Shown: positions 1-10,025 of the stretch, piece after piece | Layout: each line of letters opens with the position of its first letter | Position numbering within the stretch: position 1 is the first letter of the stretch | From: a virus | Virus record (IMG/VR): IMGVR_UViG_3300031977_002862 | Span: 1-64,000 of that record | DNA: 64,000 nt | Strand: one strand, 5' to 3' | Notes under the pieces: generated by a model | What the model saw: only the letters and a program-made list of their open reading frames with translations | What the model was told of the DNA's origin: nothing | Database searches by the model: none | Position numbers and translations under genes: made by a program

Positions 1-2
1 CT

Positions 3-368
3 CCCAAGGTAGAAACTCCACGCTCTTTCACTGAGGCTGAAGAAGCTGAGTTTGTAAAGCACGCGTCTGCGGGTGCATATCTCGAAGATATTGCAGAAGC
101 CCTTGGACGATCTGTGAACCAGATTCGCGGTAAGGCTCTGTCTTTGTTGCGTCAAGGTTCTATTGATGCAATTCCTGCTCAGAAAGAGAGCAAGGCAAGT
201 GCTAAAGTTGACCCTCTCGAAGGTGTCGATGTTGCAGCGATGACTGTTGAAGAAATCGCAGAGCAGATCGGTAAAACTGCTCGTGGCGTCAAGACGATGT
301 TGACTCGTCGTGGCTTGACGGCTTCTAACTACGACGGAGCGGCAAAAGCAGCCAAGGCTGCGGGCTAA
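3..368 (+). CDS. D5: T5 D5-like DNA-binding protein (5'-truncated by window edge)
   Basis: Frame open from position 3 (PKVETPRSFTEAEEAEF...QIRGKALSLLR...MTVEEIAEQIGKTARGVKTMLTRRGL..NYDGAAK), matching the C-terminal HTH repeats of T5 D5; upstream of the D6 helicase as in T5. Confidence 0.85.
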   Translation, partial: PKVETPRSFTEAEEAEFVKHASAGAYLEDIAEALGRSVNQIRGKALSLLRQGSIDAIPAQKESKASAKVDPLEGVDVAAMTVEEIAEQIGKTARGVKTMLTRRGLTASNYDGAAKAAKAAG

Positions 369-382
369 TCCGTTTCCCCCCG

Positions 383-418
383 AGCTGGGGTGAGGTTTCG
401 ACCTTGCTCCGGCTTTTT
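383..418 (+). terminator. Rho-independent terminator with UUCG loop
   Basis: AGCTGGGGTGAGGT-TTCG-ACCTTGCTCCGGCT stem (several G-U pairs) followed by a T tract just after the D5 stop. Confidence 0.75.
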
Positions 419-448
419 ATCGCTAAAAGTTTATTACGGAGAAAGTAA

Positions 449-1786
449 GTGAATCTGGCATCTGTTCTACTCAAGACCATCATCGCGGATTGCGATATGG
501 ATACTTGGGCCAACTGCCAGAAGCATTATTTTCCAGCCGAGTATTCTTCTATCTGGACTTATCTTAATAAGTATGTAGAAGATCATAGTATACTTCCGAA
601 CTTTGACGACCTACGTCTCGCAGTCCGAGATGCAACCCTTCGTGACCGTTTCATCGCGCTTGAGAAAGTCGAGGATATGGAGATTGAAGGTGCCACGCTT
701 CTCGAATATCTAAAGAACGAATACACTCAGATTGAGATTATGAATCAGTTGGAGAAGTACCTCTCCGACTCAATCGCAATGGAGTCTGCTCAGGAAAATA
801 TTGAGCATTTACAGAGTATTGTTCTGGATCTTGAAGAGAAAGTAGAACTCAAAGATACCAGTACAAATATGAGAAAAATGGAACTGTTCGAGCCTCAAGA
901 AGAGCTTGATAGGTTTGTTCCTCTTGGTTTGAACATCGACTTCGATCGGCTTCAATCCTTTGGCCCGTCCGATTTTGTACTAGTAGGTGGTAAGCGTGGT
1001 GCAGGTAAATCTATTACTTGTGCGAATATCGCATCGAATGCTTATGAACAAGGTAACTCTGTAATCTACTTTACTATCGAGATGACCGCTCGTAGCATCA
1101 TGCAGCGTTGCTGTTCTATAACTACGGGAGTTCCTGCCGCCGCCATTCGTAATCGAAATCTCTCCGTAGGCGAGTGGGAACAGGTCGCTCGTTGGTGGTC
1201 TGAAAGATTCGAGGATGGTGAGAGAGCTTTCTCTCGCTATCTCTCGCATCGAGACTTTGACAAGTATCACGGCGAACTTACTGCAAAGCCTTTGCGTGAG
1301 AAGCAGCTTGATATTGTCTATACACCTTCTTTGACTCTCGCAAACATTCGCACAGAGTTGGATAAGAAAGTTGCAAAACTACAGCCTCGGATTGTGGTTG
1401 TAGATTATATTAACCAGGTTAAACGGTCTGCCTTTGGCAACAGTCGTATGGGTCAGTATGACTGGACAGAACAGATTGAAGTAAGTAAAGCTTTGAAGAC
1501 TTACGCACAAGACTATGGTGTAGTAATGGTATCTCCTTACCAAATTGATGCTTTAGGTGAAGCTCGATTTGCTAAGGGTATACTTGATGCCGCAGATGCG
1601 GCGTTTACTCTTGATGCGCACAACAAAGAAGATAATATTATTAGCTTCAATTGTGCAAAAATGAGAAACAGTGATGAAGTGAGTTTTACTTCTACGATGG
1701 ATTGGGCATCTCTTCGTATTGGTCCTGAAACAGGATATGTACCAAAAGACGATGACGGTCCTTCTGAGGATGTATACGAACTATGA
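449..1786 (+). CDS. D6: DnaB-like replicative helicase (T5 D6-like)
   Basis: Walker A GGKRGAGKS, YFTIEM, Walker B VVVDYINQ; T5 synteny. Confidence 0.9.
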   Translation: MNLASVLLKTIIADCDMDTWANCQKHYFPAEYSSIWTYLNKYVEDHSILPNFDDLRLAVRDATLRDRFIALEKVEDMEIEGATLLEYLKNEYTQIEIMNQLEKYLSDSIAMESAQENIEHLQSIVLDLEEKVELKDTSTNMRKMELFEPQEELDRFVPLGLNIDFDRLQSFGPSDFVLVGGKRGAGKSITCANIASNAYEQGNSVIYFTIEMTARSIMQRCCSITTGVPAAAIRNRNLSVGEWEQVARWWSERFEDGERAFSRYLSHRDFDKYHGELTAKPLREKQLDIVYTPSLTLANIRTELDKKVAKLQPRIVVVDYINQVKRSAFGNSRMGQYDWTEQIEVSKALKTYAQDYGVVMVSPYQIDALGEARFAKGILDAADAAFTLDAHNKEDNIISFNCAKMRNSDEVSFTSTMDWASLRIGPETGYVPKDDDGPSEDVYEL

Positions 1787-1944
1787 AGAAATTCTGGACT
1801 ATCTGGAAATATGCTTTAGGTGGATTCTCTGATGACAAAACGGAACCTTACGATAACTATGTTGCAATGCTACGCACTCTTATTGTGGGTGTTAATTTTG
1901 CTACGTGCTTTTTTATAATGGCAAACGTGGTGCATAACTGGTGA
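1783..1944 (+). CDS. Small 53-aa membrane protein of a type common in marine phages (not in ORF track)
   Basis: MKKFWTIWKYALGGFSDDKTEPYDNYVAMLRTLIVGVNFATCFFIMANVVHNW; overlaps the helicase stop (ATGA) and primase start (GTGA). Confidence 0.75.
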   Translation: MKKFWTIWKYALGGFSDDKTEPYDNYVAMLRTLIVGVNFATCFFIMANVVHNW

Positions 1945-2768
1945 GTGCAGTCATAGACCTACTTGAAGAGCGAGGCATTTACTATCGGCTGTCCGGCAAG
2001 GATGTGTTGATTAAGTGCCTCAATCCAGAACACGAAGATCGAAACCCAAGCATGAGAATTGATAAAGTACTCGGTGTCTTTCACTGCTTCTCTTGCGGCT
2101 ACAAGGGTAGTCTCTTTCGGCATTACAATGTAGATTACAGCGAGACAGAAATACGACGGGAAAAACTGAAAAGATTATTGTCTAATATACGTTCTTCAGG
2201 AGTAGGACTGTCAATGCCTGATAACTACATGCCGTATCTAGGAAACTGGCGGGATATCAAACCAGAAACCTATCGAAAGTTTAACGCATTTCGGCATCAT
2301 GATACCCACTTTATTGGTAGAATCAACTTCCCAATTACAGATGCAAGCGGTAGGATTGTGTGTTTCCAGGGACGAGATGAGATGGGAACACTCGATAATA
2401 AGTATATGTTCTATCCGAGCGGAGTTAAGTTACCTCTGTTTCCACAAGTTCGCCCACTTCAGGGGCGTGTCATTCTAGTGGAAGGTATATTTGATATGCT
2501 CAATCTGCATGACAAAGGACTTGACAACGCCATCTGTTGTTTTGGTGTAAAGAATTTTAATGAAACAAAGTTTAATTATCTCAAGATTTCTGGAGTGACA
2601 GGACTTGACCTTCTGTTTGATGCAGACCAAGCAGGAGAGCAAGCCGCCGAGCACGTCAAGAAACTTGCTAAAGATTTTCCTGTGCGAGTAATCAGTCTAA
2701 GATCTGGTGATCCTGGTTCTCTTGCACAGCCTCAAGTAACAGGACTACGGAGAAAGCTCTATGGCTAG
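1941..2768 (+). CDS. DNA primase (zinc finger + TOPRIM)
   Basis: CLNPEH...CFSC zinc finger; TOPRIM LVEGIFD and LFDADQAG. Confidence 0.92.
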   Translation: MSAVIDLLEERGIYYRLSGKDVLIKCLNPEHEDRNPSMRIDKVLGVFHCFSCGYKGSLFRHYNVDYSETEIRREKLKRLLSNIRSSGVGLSMPDNYMPYLGNWRDIKPETYRKFNAFRHHDTHFIGRINFPITDASGRIVCFQGRDEMGTLDNKYMFYPSGVKLPLFPQVRPLQGRVILVEGIFDMLNLHDKGLDNAICCFGVKNFNETKFNYLKISGVTGLDLLFDADQAGEQAAEHVKKLAKDFPVRVISLRSGDPGSLAQPQVTGLRRKLYG

Positions 2769-5043
2769 TGTAGCCGTGATTGAAACAAAACCAAGTAGAA
2801 ACGATTATGTTCGACTCTTTGATAATGAGTTCGAGTTCGACCGTTTCTCTCTTACCTCAGACCCCAATCTTGCAAAAGTGCTAAAGAAAGATGTGGATTT
2901 GGAGTTTGACCCAGACGCCTATGAGTGGGTAATTCTCATTGGCTCAGAACCCCTCAAGTTCTACACAAAGGTTACTCAGGTAATGCAGTATGCCGGAACA
3001 ATTGTAGATGACAAGTTTCTTCCTACAATCAATCCTGCGATGCTTGCATTCAAGCCTGAAGCCAAGAAGACCTGGGATGATGCCAAGAATAATATTCTAG
3101 GATACATTGCGGGCACAAAAAAGAAGGCAGACATCAATGATGAGAAGTTTGTTGGGATTACCGAAAAAGAAGATACTCTCGCCTATATTCAGGCGTGTAT
3201 CGACTCACCTTACGACTTTATCGGAATCGACTCAGAGACAACAGGACTTTATCCTCGCAATGGTCACATACTTGGTATATCTCTCTGCCACTCTCCTGAT
3301 TGCGGCGCTTATATTAACGCTGACGTTATTGACGACGAAGTAGAAGAGAAGATGCAGGAAATGTTCGACAAGAAGCGAATGGTATTCCATAACGCCAAGT
3401 TCGACATTCCGATGTTTGAGTATCATTTCAATGTGAAGCTGAAAGCCTTTGAAGATACAATGCTCATGCACTACATGATTGACGAGAATCCAGGCACTCA
3501 CGGACTGAAGATGCTCGCCATGAAGTATACCGACTATGGTGATTATGAAAAGCCAATGTATCAGTGGATGGAAGAGTATCGAAAGACTCACGGTGTATTG
3601 AAAGATGATTTCAAGTGGGAGTGGATTCCCTTTGAAGTGATGAAAACTTATGCCGCTATCGATGCCTGTGCTACATTTATGCTGTTTGAGAAGTTCGAGA
3701 AAGCTCTAAAGAAGGGAAATCCCAATCTGATGAGAGTGTATAAGAACATTCTTCTTCCAGCTTGTAGATTTTTAATGGACGTTCAAGACGCTGGAGTACC
3801 CTTCAGCAGAGATCGACTGCTTGCCGGTCAAGATCTGATGCTCGAAGAAATTACAAAAGCAGTAGAGAATCTTCAGGCTCACGAGGCTGTAGTAGCCTTT
3901 CAACAAGCCGAAGGTAAGGAGTTTAATCCTAACAGTGTCATTCAGCTTCGAAAGTTGCTGTTTGATTATGCAAAACTTGAACCTACTGGTATCAAGACTG
4001 AGAAGGGTGAACACTCAACAAACTCGGAAGTATTAGAAAAATTATCGCTACAGCACGAGATTCCTCGTTTGATTCTCGACGTTCGCAAAAAGACTAAAAT
4101 CAAGAATACATATCTTGATAAAATTATTCCTCAGCTCGATAGGGACGGTCACTTACGGACCAACTTTAATCTGCACGGAACAACTTCAGGACGCCTCTCA
4201 TCGAGTGGAAAACTGAATATGCAGCAGATTCCTCGTGACGACCCAATTGTCAAAGGTTGCATTCATGCTTCCGAAGGGCACAAGATTGTTGCGATGGACT
4301 TGACGACTGCCGAAGTGTATGTCGCCGCTGTTCTTGCAGATGATATCGAGTTGCAGGATGTATTCCGTTCCGGCGGAAACTTTCACTCTACAATTGCACA
4401 TAAAGTATTTCGACTAGACTGTCCAATTGAAGAGGTTGCAGAGAAGTATTCCACCTATCGTCAGGCTGCAAAAGCTGTAACCTTCGGTATTATGTATGGC
4501 GCAGGACCGCATAAGATTGCTGAACAGGTTACGAAAGACGGTGGAAGAATGTCTGTAGATGAAGCGCGTCAAGTAATTAAAGAATACTTTGGTGCCTTCT
4601 GGAAACTCGAAGAGTGGATTGAATCTCAGAAAGAATTGATTCGGAAAAACGGAAGTATATATTCTCATTTCGGTCGCAAGCGTCGTCTTCCAGACGTTCT
4701 CTCTGACAACAAGGGAGTTCAAGGACACGCCATTCGATCTGGACTCAACTTTCTAGTTCAATCCGCTGCTTCAGATATCAACCTAATTGGAGCTATAGAG
4801 GCACATGCACGTATCAAGGCGAAAGGTATGAAGAGTAAAATCTTCGCTCTCGTTCATGACTCTGTGCTGGCTGAAGTTCCTCTTGACGAAGTTGAAGAAT
4901 ATTCAGCAATTCTAAAAGAGGAGATTCAACGAGACCGTGGCATCTATATTTCAGGCGCTCCCGTTGGTTGTGACTTTGAAATCGGAGACGATTACTCAAT
5001 GGGTAAGTTTGAGTCGAAGTATGGTAGCATCCTTAACGTATAA
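2761..5043 (+). CDS. polA: Family A DNA polymerase with 3'-5' exonuclease (T5-type)
   Basis: Exo DSETTGL and FHNAKFD; TTSGRLSS; motif A MDLTTAEV; motif B RQAAKAVTFGIMYG; motif C VHDS. Confidence 0.96.
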   Translation: MASVAVIETKPSRNDYVRLFDNEFEFDRFSLTSDPNLAKVLKKDVDLEFDPDAYEWVILIGSEPLKFYTKVTQVMQYAGTIVDDKFLPTINPAMLAFKPEAKKTWDDAKNNILGYIAGTKKKADINDEKFVGITEKEDTLAYIQACIDSPYDFIGIDSETTGLYPRNGHILGISLCHSPDCGAYINADVIDDEVEEKMQEMFDKKRMVFHNAKFDIPMFEYHFNVKLKAFEDTMLMHYMIDENPGTHGLKMLAMKYTDYGDYEKPMYQWMEEYRKTHGVLKDDFKWEWIPFEVMKTYAAIDACATFMLFEKFEKALKKGNPNLMRVYKNILLPACRFLMDVQDAGVPFSRDRLLAGQDLMLEEITKAVENLQAHEAVVAFQQAEGKEFNPNSVIQLRKLLFDYAKLEPTGIKTEKGEHSTNSEVLEKLSLQHEIPRLILDVRKKTKIKNTYLDKIIPQLDRDGHLRTNFNLHGTTSGRLSSSGKLNMQQIPRDDPIVKGCIHASEGHKIVAMDLTTAEVYVAAVLADDIELQDVFRSGGNFHSTIAHKVFRLDCPIEEVAEKYSTYRQAAKAVTFGIMYGAGPHKIAEQVTKDGGRMSVDEARQVIKEYFGAFWKLEEWIESQKELIRKNGSIYSHFGRKRRLPDVLSDNKGVQGHAIRSGLNFLVQSAASDINLIGAIEAHARIKAKGMKSKIFALVHDSVLAEVPLDEVEEYSAILKEEIQRDRGIYISGAPVGCDFEIGDDYSMGKFESKYGSILNV

Positions 5044-5518
5044 ACAAGTACTCAAGTATGTTCGATTTCCGGTGTATGCCCTGCCGAGTGAGGACTTTTA
5101 TGTCCGTGACGGTCTATTGCTTCTCAATGAGTTAGTAGTAGACGATCGAAACCAGGCAGGGGATACTCTCGGAGTACGAAGACTACAAACACCACACAAA
5201 CTAAAAAAGCTGAACAAGGCATATGAAGAGTATTTTGACATTCTCAAAGAAAATCCTCCAGTAATGGTCGATAGCAATGGAAAGATATTTTCATATGAAA
5301 AAACAGAGTGGCACACTGTAAAAAGTGTAAGAATAAAAAGAAGAGAAGCAAGGGATACACACACCAGACTGTGGTGTTCTGATGTAAACTTTCCTTTTAT
5401 AATTAACCAGCCACACTATAGTAAAGAATGGGCTTCTGTTCTCTATCTTAACAAAAAGCCCTGGTTATTGTACGATCTTTCGGAAGAAAGACAGGAAGAT
5501 AGTCGAAGGAAGATTTAA
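5021..5518 (+). CDS. Conserved T5-like hypothetical protein downstream of the polymerase
   Basis: Probable ATG at 5021 (MVASLTYKQ...FPVY...TLGVRRLQTPH); same position as the T5 post-polymerase gene. Confidence 0.7.
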   Translation: MVASLTYKQVLKYVRFPVYALPSEDFYVRDGLLLLNELVVDDRNQAGDTLGVRRLQTPHKLKKLNKAYEEYFDILKENPPVMVDSNGKIFSYEKTEWHTVKSVRIKRREARDTHTRLWCSDVNFPFIINQPHYSKEWASVLYLNKKPWLLYDLSEERQEDSRRKI

Positions 5519-6183
5519 TGCCGAAAAAAAGAAGAGACGCATTATCTGCACTCAATTTCTACCTTAAAGAGATTGAGCCTCTTACAAAAAGCCAATTGGC
5601 TGTATTTGAATCAAATAAACATTTAATGTTGCATGGATGTGCAGGAACAGGAAAAACATTTATCTCTCTGTATCTTGCACTGGACGACCTTCAAAAAGAA
5701 GAGCATGACCGAATCGTTTTAGTGCGTAGTGCTGTTCCTACCAGAGAAATGGGCTTTTTGCCCGGAACAGAGGATGAGAAGTCAAAAGTCTATGAAAATC
5801 CTTATGTAAATATAATGCAGGAGCTATTTAGTCGTGGAGATAATCCCTACGGACAGCTCAAACAGAAGGGAATTATTAGCTTTTTAACTACATCTTATAT
5901 ACGCGGAACAACATTTAACGATTCAGTTATTATTGTAGATGAGTGTCAAAACATGACTTTTCACGAGCTAGACAGTATTATTACTCGTGTAGGAAGAAAC
6001 TGTAGAATTATTTTCTGCGGAGACTTCTTCCAGGCAGACCTAAGAAATAATGGATTAAACGACTTTATGAAAATCATCAAAGCGATGGCGGAGTTTGATT
6101 TTATAGAGTTCGGAATTAATGATATTGTACGTAGCGACTTCGTAAAGAGTTATCTTGTACAAAAGTATAAGGACTGTATATGA
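5518..6183 (+). CDS. phoH: PhoH-like ATPase
   Basis: GCAGTGKT, MGFLPG, YIRGTTF, IVDECQN, GDFFQAD, DIVRS. Confidence 0.93.
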   Translation: MPKKRRDALSALNFYLKEIEPLTKSQLAVFESNKHLMLHGCAGTGKTFISLYLALDDLQKEEHDRIVLVRSAVPTREMGFLPGTEDEKSKVYENPYVNIMQELFSRGDNPYGQLKQKGIISFLTTSYIRGTTFNDSVIIVDECQNMTFHELDSIITRVGRNCRIIFCGDFFQADLRNNGLNDFMKIIKAMAEFDFIEFGINDIVRSDFVKSYLVQKYKDCI

Positions 6184-6659
6184 TAGAAAATTTAGAGGGT
6201 GAAGAGTGGAAGACCCTTGTATATAAAGGAATAATCTTTACAAGGTATAAAGTATCAAACTATGCTAGATTAGTAGGCCCTAAGGGTACTTTAATGGGGA
6301 CTATGAGAGCTAAACATGGAGGTAAAAGGGCGGAAGCATTAAAATTTACTGTTTCCCCTTCAGCAGAAGAAAAGCTAAAATATCCAAAATTAGCTTTATT
6401 AAAATCTTCTTTAAAAATACCTGCGCATAAAGCTGTAATTGAAACTTTTAAACCAATAAAAGATAACTTGCCAAGCCCTTGGAGTGAGATAAAAGAGCAT
6501 TTAACAGAAGAATGTTTTAAAGTGTTGCAAAGACTGTATACTGTAGACCATATTGACGATGACCCTACAAACAATCATTTAGATAACTTACAGTATGTGA
6601 CTGCTGAACAAAATAATCACAGAAATAAACCTAATTACATGGCTGGTTTTAAATATTAA
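6180..6659 (+). mobile_element. Free-standing HNH (NUMOD4-like) homing endonuclease
   Basis: EEWK...YKVSNYAR N-terminus; VDHIDDDPTNNHLDNLQYVTAEQN HNH motif; visibly more AT-rich than flanking genes. Confidence 0.8.
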
Positions 6660-7948
6660 TGAAAGCAGTAATATCCAACAGAATCTATATGGATATCGAG
6701 CCGTCCAGCTTTAACGAGCTGGACAAGGCTCTCACATATAAAATAGAAAGTTATAGGCGAGATGCGGCTCCGATTATTATTAAAAATCTGAGAAAAATTC
6801 GATCCAACCTTGTTTCTATTCCTGTTGGAAGAACTGACCTCATACCTGAAGGGTATGAAGTGAAGGATAAGAGAGTCGAAGTTCCTGTAGAGCTTCCAGA
6901 GTTTAAGTATGAGCTAAGAGAAAGTCAGCAAGAGGTCTATGACCAGTTGAATGATAATGCTGTTATCAATGCTTTCGTATCTTGGGGAAAGACTTTTACA
7001 GCTCTTGCAATTGCAAAGAAGCTTGAACAGAAAACTCTAATTATTACTCACACTGTAGCATTGAGAACACAGTGGGAGAAAGAAATAAAGAAAGTATTTG
7101 GCATTGAAGCAGGTGTAATCGGCTCTGGAAGGTATGAAGTCGACGCTCCAATTGTAGTCGGAAACATACAAACACTCTACAAAATAAAGGAAAAGATTGT
7201 AAAAACATTCGGTACTTTAATTGTAGATGAGTGTCATCATATTCCAGCCAATACTTTCAATCGTCTTGTAGATTCGAGTTATGCTCGCTACAAGATTGGG
7301 TTATCTGGTACGGTAGAGAGAAAGGATGGGCGACACGTAATGTTGCCAGACTATTTTGGTCACACACGCTTTACTCCGCCCAAGGAAAACTATATGGAGC
7401 CTTCTATAGACGTAATTCAAACTAAGATTCGTTTTATGGACGGTGCGAAGATTCCTTGGGCAAACCGTATCAATGACCTTGTATCTCAGGAAGAGTATGG
7501 CAAGCTCATATGTTTTCTTGCCGCTGCTTATCGAAAGCAGGGACACAAAGTATTACTTCTCTCAGATCGAGTGTATTTTCTAAAGAGAATAAAAGAAACT
7601 CTTGGAGAATACTGTGAGCTGATTACAGGCGAAGTATCTCTTGAGGAAAGAGAGACGAAGATAAAGAAAGTGCAAGAAGGAAAAGTAGATATACTACTAG
7701 GAACACAGAGTATTTTTTCAGAAGGTATCAGTGTAAATCCTTTGAGTTGCCTTATTCTCGCGACTCCGGTGAACAATACCCCCCTTCTTACACAGTTGAT
7801 TGGTCGAGTAATTCGTGAACATCCAGGAAAGAAAGACCCTGTAGTTGTAGATATAAATCTAAAAGGCAAAACTGCTGAAAAGCAGGCAAAGTTACGCTTA
7901 GGACACTATCTACAACAGAAGTATAATGTATTCTTTAAAGACATGTGA
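6659..7948 (+). CDS. D10: SF2 helicase (T5 D10-like)
   Basis: AFVSWGKT, IVDECHH, GLSGT, QLIGRVIR. Confidence 0.9.
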   Translation: MKAVISNRIYMDIEPSSFNELDKALTYKIESYRRDAAPIIIKNLRKIRSNLVSIPVGRTDLIPEGYEVKDKRVEVPVELPEFKYELRESQQEVYDQLNDNAVINAFVSWGKTFTALAIAKKLEQKTLIITHTVALRTQWEKEIKKVFGIEAGVIGSGRYEVDAPIVVGNIQTLYKIKEKIVKTFGTLIVDECHHIPANTFNRLVDSSYARYKIGLSGTVERKDGRHVMLPDYFGHTRFTPPKENYMEPSIDVIQTKIRFMDGAKIPWANRINDLVSQEEYGKLICFLAAAYRKQGHKVLLLSDRVYFLKRIKETLGEYCELITGEVSLEERETKIKKVQEGKVDILLGTQSIFSEGISVNPLSCLILATPVNNTPLLTQLIGRVIREHPGKKDPVVVDINLKGKTAEKQAKLRLGHYLQQKYNVFFKDM

Positions 7949-7960
7949 GAAAAATAATTC

Positions 7961-7989
7961 TTGACAAAGGAAGATGTTTCCTGTATAAT
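7961..7989 (+). promoter_or_regulatory. Consensus sigma70 promoter with A-rich UP element
   Basis: AAAATAATTC-TTGACA-17 bp-TATAAT. Confidence 0.88.
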
Positions 7990-8014
7990 ATACTCCTTGA
8001 CTTCGAGAATTATA

Positions 8015-8404
8015 GTGATTTTTTATAACTGGGCGAGAATGTATCGAAAGTTGGAGGGTTCTTCTTCTGACATCGTAAGTCTAATCGCATATCTAACATT
8101 TCCACAGCTACCGAGAAATCGGTGGGACAGCATCAATCGCTGGACTCAGGTTGACTGGACTGGCGATAGCTTCCTTCTGCACCCAGAAAAAATCATAATC
8201 AACCGAAGCAAGTTCGGAGATACTGAACTAGCACAGTATGTGGCACTGGCTAGTTTTCGCAGCTATGCTGAGTATGAAGCCACAAAAAAGACTAGTCTTA
8301 ATCTGGCGCTTTCGCCTGTTAGGACAGAACTTATTGACAACCACAGGCTACTTACCCGAGTGGACGATGAAATATTCTTCTGCTGGGAAGAAGTCACGCA
8401 TTAA
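8015..8404 (+). CDS. Conserved T5-like hypothetical protein upstream of D11
   Basis: Likely GTG start at 8015 (the track start at 7961 lies in the promoter); GDSFLLHPE...QYVALASFRSY; T5 synteny. Confidence 0.7.
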   Translation: MIFYNWARMYRKLEGSSSDIVSLIAYLTFPQLPRNRWDSINRWTQVDWTGDSFLLHPEKIIINRSKFGDTELAQYVALASFRSYAEYEATKKTSLNLALSPVRTELIDNHRLLTRVDDEIFFCWEEVTH

Positions 8405-8418
8405 AAAAGGAAAAAACT

Positions 8419-9066
8419 ATGGGTATTAAATTTACTTCTTCTGCTGGCGGCGCTAAAAAGTCGTCTCTTGAGCAATACACTTATAAAAACGGTGACAACT
8501 GTGTTCGTCTTTTCGGCGACTTGTTGCCTCGTTATATATACTGGGTAAAGGGTGAAAACGACAAAAACATTCCGATGGAATGCTTGTCTTTTGACCGAGA
8601 GAAAGAGGCTTTTCTAAATGTTGAAAAAGACTGGGTTAGGGAGTATTATCCTGACCTCAAGTGCGGCTGGTCGTACTCTGTACAGTGCATCGACCCTACC
8701 GACGGAAAAGCAAAAGTATTCAATCTCAAGAAGAAGTTGATGGACCAGATTCTTGTAGCTGCTGAAGATTTGGGTGATCCGACCGACTCTGAAAACGGTT
8801 GGGATATTCACTTTAAGCGCACCAAGAATGGCCCAAACGTCTACAACGTCGAATACACTCTTCAAACTCTGAAGTGTCAAAAAGGTATTCGCCCTCTCTC
8901 CGATGAAGAGCAGGCAGTTGTAGCCGCTGCAACACCAATTGACGAACTACTTCCTCGTCCTACTCCCGACGCACAGAAGGAGCTTCTTGAGCGAATTATG
9001 GCTGGTGGAGCTGGTGCAGACGAGAATACCGATGAATCCATTGAGGACGAGTTCGACGTTGCATAA
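8419..9066 (+). CDS. D11: Single-stranded DNA-binding protein (T5 D11-like)
   Basis: LPRYIYWV, LKKKL..QI, GDPTD..GWD, acidic C-terminal tail DESIEDEFDVA. Confidence 0.85.
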   Translation: MGIKFTSSAGGAKKSSLEQYTYKNGDNCVRLFGDLLPRYIYWVKGENDKNIPMECLSFDREKEAFLNVEKDWVREYYPDLKCGWSYSVQCIDPTDGKAKVFNLKKKLMDQILVAAEDLGDPTDSENGWDIHFKRTKNGPNVYNVEYTLQTLKCQKGIRPLSDEEQAVVAAATPIDELLPRPTPDAQKELLERIMAGGAGADENTDESIEDEFDVA

Positions 9067-10025
9067 TGAATATTCTATTCTCTGCCGATTGGCATATTAA
9101 GTTAGGTCAGAAAAACGTGCCCATTAACTGGGCGCGTGCTCGCTATGATACGTTCTTTCACCAGATTCATTTACTGGAAGAAGATGCAGATGTGCATATT
9201 ATAGGCGGCGACCTGTTCGACAGAGTACCAACCATAGAGGAATTAGAATTATATTTTGCATTCGTAAAAAAGTGTGAGATTGAAACACTGATTTACGACG
9301 GTAATCACGAAGCTACGAAGAAGAATAAAACCTTCTTCACCGCTTTAAAGGAAGTTACAGCTTCTATTAACCCTAAAGTGAACGTAATTGATGAGGCATA
9401 CGAGGACGAAAGAGGATTTAGCATTTTGCCTTATTGTGATTTACATAAGAAAAACTCGATAGAGATGCTAAACAAGGATTTTCCAGTATTCACGCACGTT
9501 CGTGGAGAAATTCCACCTCACGTCACTCCAGAGGTTAATTTAGATCGCTTTGATAAATTTCCAGTTGTTTTTGCGGGAGATCTGCACTCGCATTCCAACT
9601 GCCAGAGAAACATAGTATATCCTGGTAGTCCTATGACTACTAGTTTTCATCGGTCAAAGGTGGAAACGGGAGTGCTAATGATAACAGACGCGGACTGGGA
9701 ATGGCGTTGGGAGAAGCTGGAACTTCCACAGTTACTCCGCAAAACCGTCTCAGACCCTTCCGAGATGACTACAGGTCTTTATGACCACGTAATCTACGAA
9801 CTCGAAGGGGATCTGGGCGATCTTGCGAAAGTAAGCTCTACAGAGCTTCTCGATAAGAAAGTAGTAAGACGAAGTTCTGAAGCTACGCTAGTTCTTGACA
9901 AAGAATTGACAGTTGGAGAGGAGCTTGTAGAGTACCTTCTCTACGTGTTAGAGATACATGAAGATAAAATACCAGATATAGTAGGAATATTTAATGATTA
10001 CGCTAAAAACCTTGAAGTGGAGTAA
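9066..10025 (+). CDS. D12: Mre11/SbcD-like nuclease subunit (T5 D12-like)
   Basis: ADWH, GGDLFD, GNHE, GDLH, YPGSP metallophosphoesterase motifs. Confidence 0.92.
   Translation: MNILFSADWHIKLGQKNVPINWARARYDTFFHQIHLLEEDADVHIIGGDLFDRVPTIEELELYFAFVKKCEIETLIYDGNHEATKKNKTFFTALKEVTASINPKVNVIDEAYEDERGFSILPYCDLHKKNSIEMLNKDFPVFTHVRGEIPPHVTPEVNLDRFDKFPVVFAGDLHSHSNCQRNIVYPGSPMTTSFHRSKVETGVLMITDADWEWRWEKLELPQLLRKTVSDPSEMTTGLYDHVIYELEGDLGDLAKVSSTELLDKKVVRRSSEATLVLDKELTVGEELVEYLLYVLEIHEDKIPDIVGIFNDYAKNLEVE

Noticed and set aside
7961-8014. ORF-track start at 7961 (and similar extensions at 55262, 59064, 4937, 54641)
   Set aside because: These starts fall inside promoter elements or upstream genes; downstream starts fit better.
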